DNA of 63,003 nucleotides, counting the filler, from Phoronis australis (lineage: Eukaryota > Animalia > Phoronida), in NCBI GenBank assembly GCA_002633005.1. It is 7 parts of 7 records of this genome, joined end to end, with 100 filler letters (N's around TTAATTAATTAA, not from the genome) between each part and the next. Parts side by side here need not be neighbours in the genome. Positions count along the whole stretch, not along the records: positions 17,174 to 40,460 come from NMRA01000252.1; positions 40,561 to 45,832 come from NMRA01001734.1; positions 45,933 to 58,753 come from NMRA01000357.1; 4 more parts are not named here. One strand, given 5' to 3'. Position numbers and translations under genes: made by a program. Below, piece by piece: positions 38,482 through 50,047 of the stretch. Each line of letters starts with the position of its first letter. Position 1 is the stretch's first letter. The notes beneath the pieces are model-generated. The model was not told the DNA's origin and made no database searches. It saw nothing but the letters and a program-made list of their open reading frames with translations.

Positions 38482-38660
38482 GTGTTCCTGTCTGAAGTAG
38501 ACCACCGAGAGGGGACGCCCAAGACTAATAGGAAGGCGATGCATGGTTCACGTAGCAGCTTGGTCACCGACAGTCCTGTCAGTCAGAGTTCATCTGAGGT
38601 CAATCTGCAGCAGTCTAGCTCCAACCCTTCACTGACCGGCACCCCGGGTCAGAGCAGACA
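38482..38660 (+). CDS. FNBP1: FNBP1-like post-HR1 exon (VFLSEVDHREGTPKTNRK...GTPGQSRQ)
   Basis: Expected ..L.EV.. start after HR1; ctgcag/gtgggt; 179 nt, phase 0-2. Confidence 0.88.
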
Positions 38661-38919
38661 GTGGGTACTTTTTGATGTTATGGTTTACGTTCAGTGGCAG
38701 GTGCCAGTCATTTGTTGGATTATGACAGTTTTAATGGGACATTTGGTGCCTCCTCACAATCTAGGATACAAATTTTATGCACCTTGTTATTCAACACGCA
38801 AACCGTTTTTTTAAACCATTTTACATGGTGTGAACTAATTCTCAACTCTGAACTCTTCATTTGAAAGTAAAAAAAAATGTTGGTGTAAAGCAGCCAAACC
38901 GTAGGCTTACCTTGTTAAA

Positions 38920-39310
38920 GTTCAATCAATCCATTTATTTCTGTTATGAACGTCGTAGGCCCACTTTAAAAAAGGACAACTTGATGTAACATACCTAATA
39001 ATGCAAAAAGCTATCACATGGACGAAAAGCATAAAATACATATTTACATAGATTATCTAATTTTAATACCATCATCACTAGTGGACATTAATCTATTGAA
39101 GTTGTATCAAGACAGAAAATTTCAGTAGTACACTTAAATATAATTTTCTCTCAGTCCAGAATATTTATCACAGCTTAGTAGGAAATGGTACTTGTCTTCT
39201 ACAACATTGGGGCAGAAGGGATACACTGTGTTTGCCCTATCCAAATTCAAGTGCCTGTCTACTTCAATTATGAGACTAGCTGCAACAACAAAACCATTCC
39301 ATGGACACAA
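38920..39310 (-). mobile_element. 3' fragment of the same LINE family as 7930-10150
   Basis: ttggggcagaagggatacactg...tttgccctatccaa..caagtgcct is the reverse complement of about 9830-9880; the aggcccact tail region also matches. Confidence 0.75.
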
Positions 39311-39965
39311 TCACTAAGTTATTACAACAAAAAGTAATATCACGGATTACTAATGAAAAAATGGCTGTTGAGTGAATGTTTACTTCAGCAAAGTTACAAG
39401 TTTGACCCTAACTCTTGCCAAATTTCTGCATTTTCATTTTCTTGATTCCAGCAGTGATTGTTTTACAGATTTGTTGTTAATATCTCCTTGATAACTCATT
39501 CTTTATCCACTTATACCTATCCACTACTTAAACTAGCTACAAGCCAGCCTGTCATCAAATATGTAACTTTTGGCATAGGCAGCATTCCATCAACAGGTGT
39601 CAGCCTGACCTTAACTATGATAACATGATGATTTGGACGTGGGAAGAAGTGAGAGTTTGTTATTGCTTGAGAAAAGGTTTGGTGAATTGGCTTGTCACAT
39701 AACATTATATGCAGCGAGGATGACTACGGGTAATAACAAACTGTTCATTCGACTGGCATTTACTTCTCGTCTGAGTTACTCACAAGTTGAGTCCAGTTTT
39801 GTAGTGGCAATTAGTTTGAATTAGATGTTTCACTTATCATCTGTGCTACTCACAAGCTGACACCAGTTTTGTGGCGGCAAATAGTTTGAATCGGAAGTTT
39901 CTTTGAAGGATGGCTGATTTTTAGCTAGTTTAAGTGCTCATTACTAACAAGTGTATTCACCGCAG

Positions 39966-40094
39966 GTCAGACAATAGACTGTCGTCAGCCAGGCAGTCAG
40001 AATATAGACTGTCCTCATCCAGGCAGTCAGACTATAGACTGTCCACAGCCAGCCAGTCTGCTCTGTTGTCCGTCGGCTCCCACTCAACCATTAG
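39966..40094 (+). CDS. FNBP1: Candidate FNBP1-like cassette exon with a 3x 10-aa repeat (SDNRLSSARQ SEYRLSSSRQ SDYRLSTASQ...)
   Basis: TACTAAC branch point at 39942-39948; cgcag/gtataa; 129 nt, phase 2-2 continues the previous exon in frame. Confidence 0.7.
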
Positions 40095-40460
40095 GTATAA
40101 CAGTAGTGCAGCCTCCTGCCACATCACTCTCCACTCTTCTGCATGTTGACTAGTGCTTGTTACTTGCAGTGACAAACATACATACATATACATGTATACA
40201 CACATACATTCAGTCAACACTCCCTCATATGCACTTTGCACAGTTACGTGTCCAATAAATCCCAATTCTCTGCCATTCACAAAAGGCCTGTATAATATAC
40301 CAATGTTCTGAAAATGTCCAACCCGGTCTCGTGATGTTGATGAGATAGACAGGTGCGAGTGAGAAACCAGGGCCCGGTCTCCAATCTTTTTACTCGAAAT
40401 TGAACTCGAAATTAGGTTTGGCATTTTTTACTCTACTTTTGGGCGAACTCAAGATAAGTG

Positions 40461-40560
40461 NNNNNNNNNNNNNNNNNNNNNNNNNNNNNNNNNNNNNNNN
40501 NNNNTTAATTAATTAANNNNNNNNNNNNNNNNNNNNNNNNNNNNNNNNNNNNNNNNNNNN
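40461..40560. other. Artificial contig spacer
   Basis: N44-TTAATTAATTAA-N44. Confidence 0.98.
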
Positions 40561-41062
40561 AGGTCTTCCCATCAGGTCGCTGTGCGCGGATACCGGTGTT
40601 GGGTATGAACTGCGGGTGCACCATGGAGGGAGGGGGAAGGTTGAACAGGGGTCTGGGAAGAGACTGGGGTGGGGGACTGGTGAAGGTGTGGGGTACCATG
40701 GGCCTCGGAGGTCGGGAAATGGGGTAAGGTGCAGGCATATGAGGCATACCCAGTTGCCGATGTTGCTGAGAGGGGGAACTGTTTTGAACAGCCATTGGAG
40801 ACACTTGTGGCCGTTGAGGGTGGCCGCTGGCATGGCCAGGATTCTGGGAGCAGTCTGACTGTGGAGGACTTCCCACAGAAGCGGAGAAACTTCGCCTGTC
40901 CTGGGGTGAGGGCTCATTAACCATTGGCGATTGAGGGAAATGGAGGGGGATAGCTGAATGATGGCCCATAGGGCGAGGGTCCTTCTGCGGTGTTGGAGGG
41001 TTGGTGCCAGTAGAGACTGAAGTGGGCTGAACACCAGAGGTCTCTGAATGCAAGATGGTGAC
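40561..41062 (-). CDS. SMG7: Pro/Ser/Gln-rich exon of the SMG7-like gene, truncated by the contig end
   Basis: Long, GC-richer open frame VTILHSETSG...RAQRPDGKT; cagcag acceptor in phase 0 with the upstream exons. Confidence 0.6.
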
Positions 41063-41268
41063 CTGCTGAACAAGTGTTACAATCTTATTGATGGTGCTGA
41101 CACTGAGCACTTGAAGGCAATCTGTTTGAATGTATGTAATGTAGTCTTTAAAAAACACCAGGGGTTTACAGTCCAACTACACAAAAGACAAACAGCGCTT
41201 TAGTTTTGGTCGACTTTCAGTAGAAATTGCGGAAACAAATAACTAATGCAAGAGGTCGTGTGAGATAC

Positions 41269-41325
41269 CTTTTGTGTTCTGTCCCCAGTACTGTTTGGTT
41301 TCTGTGCTTTCTTTTTGATGGCAGC
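41269..41325 (-). CDS. SMG7: SMG7-like exon (AAIKKKAQKPNSTGDRTQK)
   Basis: ttgtag/gtatct; 57 nt, phase 0-0. Confidence 0.6.
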
Positions 41326-42440
41326 CTACAAATGAAAAACAGACCTAGTTACTGCAGTGTTCACAAATGTGACTGATGTCAACAAGCAACCAGCACAACA
41401 CACCAGATAGGAGCAAACGGTCCTTCTAGTGGACAGATATTTTGGAAAATAGCTGAGTTGACAATTCCATTTTGAAGATTGCTTGCCATATCTCAAAAGA
41501 CAATCTTATAATAAAATAATGTACTTTTCTAATTAATAAACTAGCAATTAAAGGACAATGATTTCCAAAATAAACTGGACTACTTCGAAATTCAACAAAA
41601 TTTCGGCAAACAAAATTGCCACTAAACTTCCATTTAATTTCAACTAGAATTCGCTTCAATTCTCATTAAATTGCAACAAGTGTTGCTCCATGCACCATGT
41701 CAAAATCTCAATAACTCACTGCACAAGTCCATTAAAAATAAACAAATATTGGCTAGGCACAATATAGTCACACCATCTTTGGCAAAAACACTATTTTATT
41801 TCAACAAAGATTCCACTAAACAAGCAAATAATTCTGACAAAACGTTCATCCAATTCTGTCAAAGTCTAACTAGCTTATTTTGAAAATTACTGCAGTTAAC
41901 AGACTTCACTGATAGTTCCTACAGTTACATCTGCAAATATTTTGTAGCATGCGTGGCAACATCTGCAGGACAGCAGGGACTGGCCAGCTGCCAAGCCAGC
42001 TTAAACACGAGCTGCCCAGTCCTGCTTTATGGGTGCCGTTCATTTGCCAAAACACTTTTTTGTGACCTGAACTATAGGATCCAAAGAGGGACTATAGCCC
42101 TGAAGTATTTGTACCATCATTGCGTCAATGAATTGTCCCTAAAGGCAGTAAGACAGCAACCAGGAGCAGTCTACACCATGTCATAATTTCAAAATTAATG
42201 CACTACTTTCTGTCCGCGCGACCACACAATCCTCTAGAGGTGTGCTTGGATAGCAATCAACTCCTCCCACTTTTGTGACACATAGAAAGTCATTTGGAAT
42301 GTTCGGCAATAGATGTGCCATCGCTCCACGGACTCCCACCAATTGTGACACAACCTACGGGATAAAAGGATCTTAATTTTTCCTTCTCAGTGCCGTAACC
42401 CGGATTTTTAAATTATGTAGAATTAGGTACATCTACATAC

Positions 42441-42500
42441 CATGAATGGTGATTCGTCGCCTGAAGACTGTGCTCCACTCACTGTTTGCTGAGACTTCTT
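42441..42500 (-). CDS. SMG7: SMG7-like exon (KKSQQTVSGAQSSGDESPFM)
   Basis: ttacag/gtatgt; 60 nt, phase 0-0. Confidence 0.6.
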
Positions 42501-43331
42501 CTGTAATATTGTCTGTGAAGTAATTAAATACTGAAACTCATATTAATGGAGCTACTAGCAGGTATTATGAACCGAAAACTATCTTGCATTTTTAATCATC
42601 ATTGACGTGAATGCATGATTAATATATACCGGCCTAAAATATTGCCAATATTGAGTTTTTTGCCTGTATAATCCCTGTTAGCAACAGTAACTCATTTTGA
42701 TGTAAATATAGCCACAGGCACTGTTAGTTAACCTGAAAGGCAAACAGACAGAATATACTGTTTACTGTCAACATTCATTATGACTTTACCGTATATGCGT
42801 GTATTTAGGCCAACACATCAACATGCTAAGATGCACCCAGGAAAATGCACATCCATCCATGCGAGAAGCATTCAAGTAAAACAAAGGAGCAGAATTCTAA
42901 AATAAAATGTGAGCGAAGCTTGGCTTATCTGTTACGAAACGGCTGATGATGACTTAATCATTAATGATATAAATTTAAAGAAAAATACAAGTTAAAATTT
43001 ATGAAAAGAGACACAATAACAGCCATCCACCCGAGCCTGAAAGTGAACTCTAGATTCATGCGCTTATAAGTGAAACATGTATGATATTCTATCTTTGAAA
43101 GAAAAACACATTATTTCAGATTACGACGCATGTGTCTAAATACAGGCATATACGGTAGCGTTAAATGACTGGGATTCCCATCTCATCATCACCACAAAAT
43201 CCTAATTCTGGAATTGTTTCCACCATGGCAACTTTCCCATAAATTCCCCACCATTTTCTGTCACGAACGACGGTTGCTATGGTGATACATTCTTATTGGG
43301 ACCAAGCTACCATGATATGGCAGGACTGTAC

Positions 43332-43391
43332 CTGGGGCGAGACAGTCTTTTCTGTATCACTCTCAGTTTGGGTCTTCCGTTGGATTATGGC
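43332..43391 (-). CDS. SMG7: SMG7-like exon (AIIQRKTQTESDTEKTVSPQ)
   Basis: ttgcag/gtacag; 60 nt, phase 0-0. Confidence 0.6.
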
Positions 43392-43823
43392 CTGCAATCA
43401 AGAAGGAACAATTTGACACACACGACATAAAGCAAATTTTTGCTCTTCTCAACAAAGTCTTATTTACGCATGTAGACACAAAGAATGTATTTTCATCCAG
43501 CATGTCTATACCACAACGGTCTGATTCACAGTCGATTGTAAGATGATGGAATAGAACCTGTACCACAGAATATAGATTAGAACAACATATAACAATAATA
43601 AAACAGTGGAAATTTGGGCGGAACATTTTACCAAACTCTCGCATTATTAACAACCAAGATTTCTAGAAAAAAATTTTGTCAAGGGCAATCTTAAGTCCAC
43701 ATCGTTATAGTTTTGACCTATTAATCAGTCAACATTGAGTCTCTAATGAATGCTGGTCTCTAGTAGAAGGCTGGCCTGGGGCATGTCAAAATACTTAAAT
43801 GCCTCGGAGTCTTGATGACTCAC

Positions 43824-43888
43824 CTGTATAGCCACATTGTGTTTGCTTGACCGTTTTGCACTTGACGGAGATGTATCAACGTCAGGGG
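43824..43888 (-). CDS. SMG7: SMG7-like exon (PDVDTSPSSAKRSSKHNVAIQ)
   Basis: tttcag/gtgagt; 65 nt, phase 1-0. Confidence 0.62.
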
Positions 43889-44086
43889 CTGAAAAGTAAA
43901 TGGTGGGGTATATTGTGTATATTTCACAGGTGAGCGAGTAATACTATTCCTTGTAAGGTTCCAGTCATCAATCATATTGTACTATTACTGACTGATGACT
44001 TGGTCTGTCATGTTGGCACAGACATTTCTCACTTCATTTTAATTTTGTGGCATTAGGTGGAACTGATGTGATGTTTCCACACTGTG

Positions 44087-44152
<66 letters not shown>

Positions 44153-44262
44153 ACTACTATTACTACTACCACTACTACTACTACTGCTGCTACTACTACT
44201 GCTACTACTGCTACTACTACTGATACTACTACTACTACTGCTACTACTGATACTACTACTGA

Positions 44263-44299
<37 letters not shown>

Positions 44300-44335
44300 G
44301 CTACTACTATCACTACTTCTATTACTACTAACTTT
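44087..44335. repeat. Compound microsatellite: (CTG)20 followed by imperfect (CTA)n
   Basis: Pure ctg run 44091-44150, then a cta/ctg mix; intronic. Confidence 0.97.
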
Positions 44336-44440
44336 TACCACAATACTACTTCAACAACGTCCACTACTACTTCTACTAAGGCTGTTACTGATATATTTAC
44401 TGCAATTACAGCTACTGTTAGACAACGCAGTACTACTCAC

Positions 44441-44526
44441 CCACTTGTAGAAGTCTGACTTGAGCGGTGGGGGCACTAAACTGGATTTTGTTAGACTTGA
44501 GGGTCTGGTAAGAGATCAGGTTCAAG
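44441..44526 (-). CDS. SMG7: SMG7-like exon (LNLISYQTLKSNKIQFSAPTAQVRLLQV)
   Basis: cttcag/gtgagt; 86 nt, phase 2-1. Confidence 0.68.
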
Positions 44527-44648
44527 CTGAAGAGATAAATACAAGGAATATCAACAGGATGATGCACGGCAACCATGGCTTCACTGAATACAGGGACTGA
44601 TGGCTTCTCAAGAGGAATAACAACTCGGCAGCTCTGTATAAGGATCAA

Positions 44649-44939
44649 GGGGTCTGTTTCATGAAAATTGACATTTTGATTTAAGACAAAAATTTGGCCT
44701 AAGCTTATGCTCCATCCAAGTATTTCTGAAAAACAATTAAATCTCACTTAGGCAAAACTACAAAGTGTGTGAGAATAATTATACACAAAGCTGATAGTTA
44801 CTGACTGACATAACTCCTACAAATTATTTCTAAACTGTGACGCACTCATAATTACTTGGCTAAACATTTATTCAGCAACTGTTGCGTGGGAGCGTAAAAA
44901 ACAAATTTCTGCCTTAAGTCACTTTCATGAAACCGACTT
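44649..44939. mobile_element. MITE with imperfect TIRs (ggggtctgtttcatgaaa...tttcatgaaaccgac)
   Basis: TIR pair plus subterminal ttaagacaaaaatttg / aatttctgccttaag; related decayed copy at about 52021-52293. Confidence 0.6.
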
Positions 44940-45333
44940 CAGTCTTATAATCAATGTTTAAAGGCCAACATCAGTCAGAATTTTCGTGACAATGTGCAAC
45001 GCTGAACATTGATCTTGGCCTACCATGAATGGCTTGTTTAACCCTCAGGGTCAGTCGTCTCGCACACATTGAATACACAAAACAAAGATATTGAATACAC
45101 ACGAAGTATTGTGTGCATTCAAAATGTTTATATTCTCAAAGCAGTACATACCAAAAACAAAACATGCCTAAGACGTCCCGAAATTTGCCCATCGTGACAA
45201 CTGAGTACAAATGGAATTCCTTGTTACCCTGACTGAGCATCAGCAATCTATGTCCGAGTAAAAAAGAAATGGAATCTTGGCCAACTATTTTGGCTCATAC
45301 TGTGCAAAACACAGCGCCCCCTGTCCACCTTAC

Positions 45334-45450
45334 CTTGGGAAGTCTTCACACAGGTGTTTGCCAAGCTGTACCAGACGATGGCACCGTAATCTCACCTCCT
45401 GGTCCCCGGACAGCTCTTCACCTGGCTGAAGGCTAACAAACTTGAGGTCA
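45334..45450 (-). CDS. SMG7: SMG7-like exon at the end of the EST1 helical region (DLKFVSLQPGEELSGDQEVRLRCHRLVQLGKHLCEDFPS)
   Basis: Resembles the recalled SMG7 segment L.F......G......R.R..RL...GK......P; ttacag/gtaagg; 117 nt, phase 2-2; followed by a low-complexity Pro-rich tail as in SMG7. Confidence 0.65.
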
Positions 45451-45732
45451 CTGTAAGAAAAGACGGCGATCACCATATGACATTCCAAGACTACAGTTCT
45501 ATGCATGAGCCATTTTTCTACATATAGAGCGCCATATTGAAATAAGCTACATTGCTAGATGGCCAAAAGGAACTTAGTCGACAAATGTGACTCGTGCAAA
45601 AAATACATCATCAAAAATGTCAGTGGATGTAAGAAATTACCATTCGTCTTTTTTAACGTAACAGCTTATTATTTAAAATGACTTATTCTTATTAAAATGA
45701 CATAGGCAAAAAATTGAATTTTGGACCTCAAA

Positions 45733-45832
45733 AGCGAGGCCCCCTATATTAATATAGGGGGCCTCGCTGAAGGGAGGCCGGAGAGCGGGGCCCCTATATT
45801 AATATAGGCGGCCCCGCCGAAAGGAGGCCGGA
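45733..45832. repeat. Tandem GC-rich palindromes at the contig end
   Basis: Perfect 36-bp palindrome at 45733-45768 followed by a second imperfect unit. Confidence 0.92.
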
Positions 45833-45932
45833 NNNNNNNNNNNNNNNNNNNNNNNNNNNNNNNNNNNNNNNNNNNNTTAATTAATTAANNNNNNNNNNNN
45901 NNNNNNNNNNNNNNNNNNNNNNNNNNNNNNNN
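45833..45932. other. Artificial contig spacer
   Basis: N44-TTAATTAATTAA-N44. Confidence 0.98.
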
Positions 45933-46990
45933 GGGGGGTCGGGCTATAGCCCCCACTTTTTTCAGTGCTGTGCCGCCTATGTTACAGCATTTTATTTGGT
46001 CTCGTGTTGAGATGAAATGGTACGCAATGATTGGCCAGCAATCTAGGCCTACTGAATCAAACGAAAGATTCATGCTGTAATTCAAAGGACAAGTCTTTTA
46101 TGGGACGACTTGAAACGCCATGTTGGAACACAGTGCCTGTGCAGACAGGTCGCCGAGTTGGAAAAGAACTTCCGCTGCACTAACCTACACTGATAAAAGC
46201 ACTTATTTTCTTTACCAAATTCTCGTATTTCACACACTGCACATGTACAACGGCGGGAGAAATCTTTCCGGCAACTTATTGCCATTCATTACCATTTGAA
46301 GTGTGCCTCAACTTGAAGAAGTGTTCAGGAATCAGTGTTCCGTAGTGTGATCATGAATATACTCACCTGAAGAAATCGTCAACGTCATTGACATAAATAT
46401 TTCTTAAATGGCAGACTTTTTTAATAATGAAGTGTGTGCAAGAACTTTGAACTTTTAGCTCGTCTAGTCAACATGAGCATCGCCGTCAATGAGTTGGATA
46501 TGACATGATATGTCTGGGGGTGCCGGGGACCGGGGGGGATGGGTGACTCGGACGTTTAGCATGCGATAAAAAAGTGCTACATTTACTTCGAACTAATCGA
46601 CAGCTCCCTATTCATGGAAATGTTCAATTATATTTGAATTTTAAAATGATTTTTTTAGTTCATCAATGTTGTCGAAAACAAAAACAAACGGTACTCAAAT
46701 GCTTCATGACGGACACTGAGGAAAGGGTCGAGTCGTATGATGAGAAAGCCAATTATGTCAGTTGTATGATAAAGTAGGAACTGTGAGACAAATGGTGAGA
46801 AAGTAACATTTGTGCACATCTTGTACCGACCTTATATGCATGAATGTAAAAATGGCTGTCAAGGCAAAAATTGAAGGAAAACTTCACCATTTTATTTCCC
46901 AGCTGATCCAGCCCACGTTATAGCTTTCAAACCCCCAGGTGCCAACGGTTTAGTTTAATTTTTCGGCGGTAGATGTCAGTAACGACTGTG

Positions 46991-47083
46991 ATGGCGGCGA
47001 TTACGAAGAACTGTTTGTACAACCTGAAAGAAGTTTTACAAGATTTAGAGTTTGGTGGTGAATATGAGCCACTAAATGTTCTC
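46991..47083 (+). CDS. RADX: Probable first coding exon of the RADX-like gene (MAAITKNCLYNLKEVLQDLEFGGEYEPLNVL)
   Basis: gtgATGGcg start context; 93 nt open; gtaagt donor in phase 0 joins to VVSINRY. Confidence 0.7.
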
Positions 47084-47417
47084 GTAAGTTGCTGATATTG
47101 AGTGTTGATGTGACGCCATCTGTTTATTTACCCTGACCTACCGTAAGCGGATATCATGAGTCATATAGCCTGCCCTAATACTGAATGCTTTTTAGTGAGT
47201 CTTGATGAGCCGACCCATGCCACAGGCACAGACGCGTTATGTGTCTGGAGCCGACCGAGCCTTTGTGACAGTGTTGGTTGAGTGAAAGTCTTCTCAAAAG
47301 TCAAATGTAGACTTTTGTTGTATTACTGAAGATTCACTAGCTAGGCCTCTAGAAGTACTCACCAGTTAAAACACAGCTATTCAAGCTTCAGGTAAAACCC
47401 AATCCAGGTGCCCCTCC

Positions 47418-47514
47418 CACAGGCGTCCTCAGCTTCTGATCGTCCCCAATACACTACATATAGTAGTATTATATGTAGTGTATTGGGGACGATCAGAAGC
47501 TGAGGACGCCTGTG
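47418..47514. mobile_element. 97-bp perfect foldback MITE with 8-bp TSD
   Basis: 45-bp identical arms CACAGGCG...CGCCTGTG, 7-nt loop, GCCCCTCC at 47410-47417 and 47515-47522. Confidence 0.93.
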
Positions 47515-48139
47515 GCCCCTCCCTGACATCCTGATTGCTTGCTGAAAGACTGCCAGCAGGGTTCCCGCCAGCAGTTTAAATAAAACAAGCATCCGGAGAA
47601 CCATAAAAATGACAAATCACAAGACACCACAGAAAGATAAAGGACAAATGATGTTGACGATTACAACACTTTCCTTTTAAAATACATGGATACAGGTTTG
47701 GCTTCCATCTCTAAAATCGCAAATTCGAAAATTGCAATGAAAATGGTGCAGTCCAGGAACAGGGTAGAATTTACTGTCGGGATACTTATTGTCGTCAGGA
47801 GTCATGGTCTGCCATCTTCTGTCGCATGTAGTGTAGCCACGCAGGATATAGCATTCCAATCTGGAGTGCTCATCTGCTTGTTTGATACTAACCTCTCAGG
47901 AGAGACGCGCATCAAAGAAATGAGACGAAAATCTGTGCATTTACCGACTGCTTTTTAAACCACTTAAATTTGTAGATTTTAATTTTTTGCTCATTTTCAG
48001 AAGATATTTTTTAAATTAAATTTCCTTTAGATGGGATAAAAACAACCCAGGTATTGTTTATGTAATGTATCTATGTGTCCCAGGCACTACTCGAGATCTA
48101 TAAGGCCAAAGGATAAACACTGCAGAATTTTGGGTTTCT

Positions 48140-48630
48140 GTGAACAGAACAATATTTTAGTTGATGTGCAAAATGGTTTTCAAAGCCAACGGCCTTGATT
48201 TGATCACTTATATGTCCTGTCATCAATTATTCAAACAAGAAAGTTATCTAAATTTTTGTGACATTTGTGGACATGAAAAAAGCTTTTGACTGGACAAACC
48301 ATGAACTTCTGTTTTATAAATTACTGCAAAATAATATAATGGTAGAATGTATGATATAATTCGTATGATTTACAGAAGTCCGTTGAACTGTATACGATTA
48401 AATGCCACTCTGTATAGTGGTTGGTTCACTCCTGAAAATGGTGTCCGTCAGGGATACGTTTTATCACCGACACTCTTTGCCTTGTTTATAAATGACTTTA
48501 GCTCTGGACATTAAAAAATTCGGTAAAGATGTCCAATGTGGCCCAAACAATGTTTCAGTGCTTCTTTATGCCGACCATATTGCACTTTTGTCTGAGAATG
48601 AAAATGACATGCAAGATATGTTGAAGGTTT
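48140..48630 (+). mobile_element. Decayed non-LTR retrotransposon RT fragment
   Basis: QNGF, FVDMKKAFD, GVRQG..LSPTLF.LFIN and LLYADH (YADD-like) motifs, with frameshifts. Confidence 0.9.
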
Positions 48631-49715
48631 TAAGTGTCATTAGTTATGAATCCTCATACTGCAGTTTCAGTATTTCCCTAGGCAATTTGCCAAATATATC
48701 AAGTCTGCTTTTGAACTTAGAAACCGTCGCATTTATGGTAGGCCTACATCTGAGTTGTGTGGTTAAAGTGACTAATAAGCCCAACTGGGCTGGGTTTCTT
48801 ACGAATGTTATACCTATAACTGTTTGAATTAATTGTGCTTGTCACTATAATAAATAAATACAATACAAAATACAACACGCTGGGTGCTTAACAGTTTCAG
48901 CCCACGCATTGGCCATTAAAGTATTGTCCACTTGTTTTTTATGGCAGAACACAGTGCAGAGCTCAAAATTAATGCTGAAATTCTTGGTTCAAGCATTTTG
49001 GATTTATTTGAAGAAAATTAAAACACTTGAACTGATAGAGAGTGGTCAACAATAAAATTAAATATTGAATTTATTTCATTACATTGTATTGTTACATACA
49101 ACACAGCATGACATAATTAAAAGTAAAAATAAGAGATTGAGCTATAAAACGTAAATGCAACTTTGGTATTTATTTATTTATGGTTACAGAAGCCTGTTAA
49201 AGATTAGAAAAAAAGTTCAAACAATATGACATTGGGTAATTTATTAAAACTGTATCGAGGTATAATGATCAATTTCCGCTGAACAAGTCTCAGTTTTGGC
49301 TGGCATGGTGTTAACGGAATGAAGAAATACTGAAAGAAAAAGAAAGACAGCCGAGATAAATTGTCAAGAACAACAAATTTTAAAGCAAAACATCAACTAA
49401 AGAGGTCACAAACAGAAAATTCAATTAAGGTCCATCTGGAATAAAACAATTTCGGACAGCGGTACACATTCAGCAAATTTGGATGGCTAGTGACTGTGCT
49501 CATTGAGATGCTGAAGATGAGGTCTGCTGTGCATGTCGGAAGCTGTCACCACCACAGCTTTGGCATTGCCCGTCACAGGTTATAGTGAGCTTTGGGAAGA
49601 TGAAATTTTCCCTACTGTAACCACTGGATGGATTATATGTTGCGCTGCTCATACTCTGAGGTGCCATGACATTTTTTTGTCATTGTCACAAAGCCAAAGC
49701 CAGCATTTAGAAGAC

Positions 49716-50047
49716 TAGGCTTGCGCTAACCACTTGCCAGCTCGCCATTGGCTAATTTTGAGCGGCACTGGCGGTGGTTGAGCTAAGGCCATTCGCCAAC
49801 TTGGCGAATGCTTTCTCAACTTGACAATAAAAATTTATTTCGGGAAACCTACTCGCGTGTCGACTCACAGTCTGCTCAAGTCGTGCCGCAAAAGACATTC
49901 TTACTTCGATTCGGAGTCCTAAAAAATAAAAAGTGTATGTTCCATTTCCTGTCCGTCACTCCCCCTGAAATCACTCTTTTATTGCTACGAAATGTTCAAC
50001 TGTGCAACTATAATGGCTAAAATCTTTATAAGTCTAGCGCGAGCTTT
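49716..50047. mobile_element. MITE (TIR taggcttgcgcta / tagcgcgagc)
   Basis: Imperfect TIRs; the body is shared with 53365-53650. Confidence 0.7.

Noticed and set aside
44039-44458. Poly-Ser, poly-Ala and poly-Thr ORFs
   Set aside because: Translations of a triplet microsatellite within an intron
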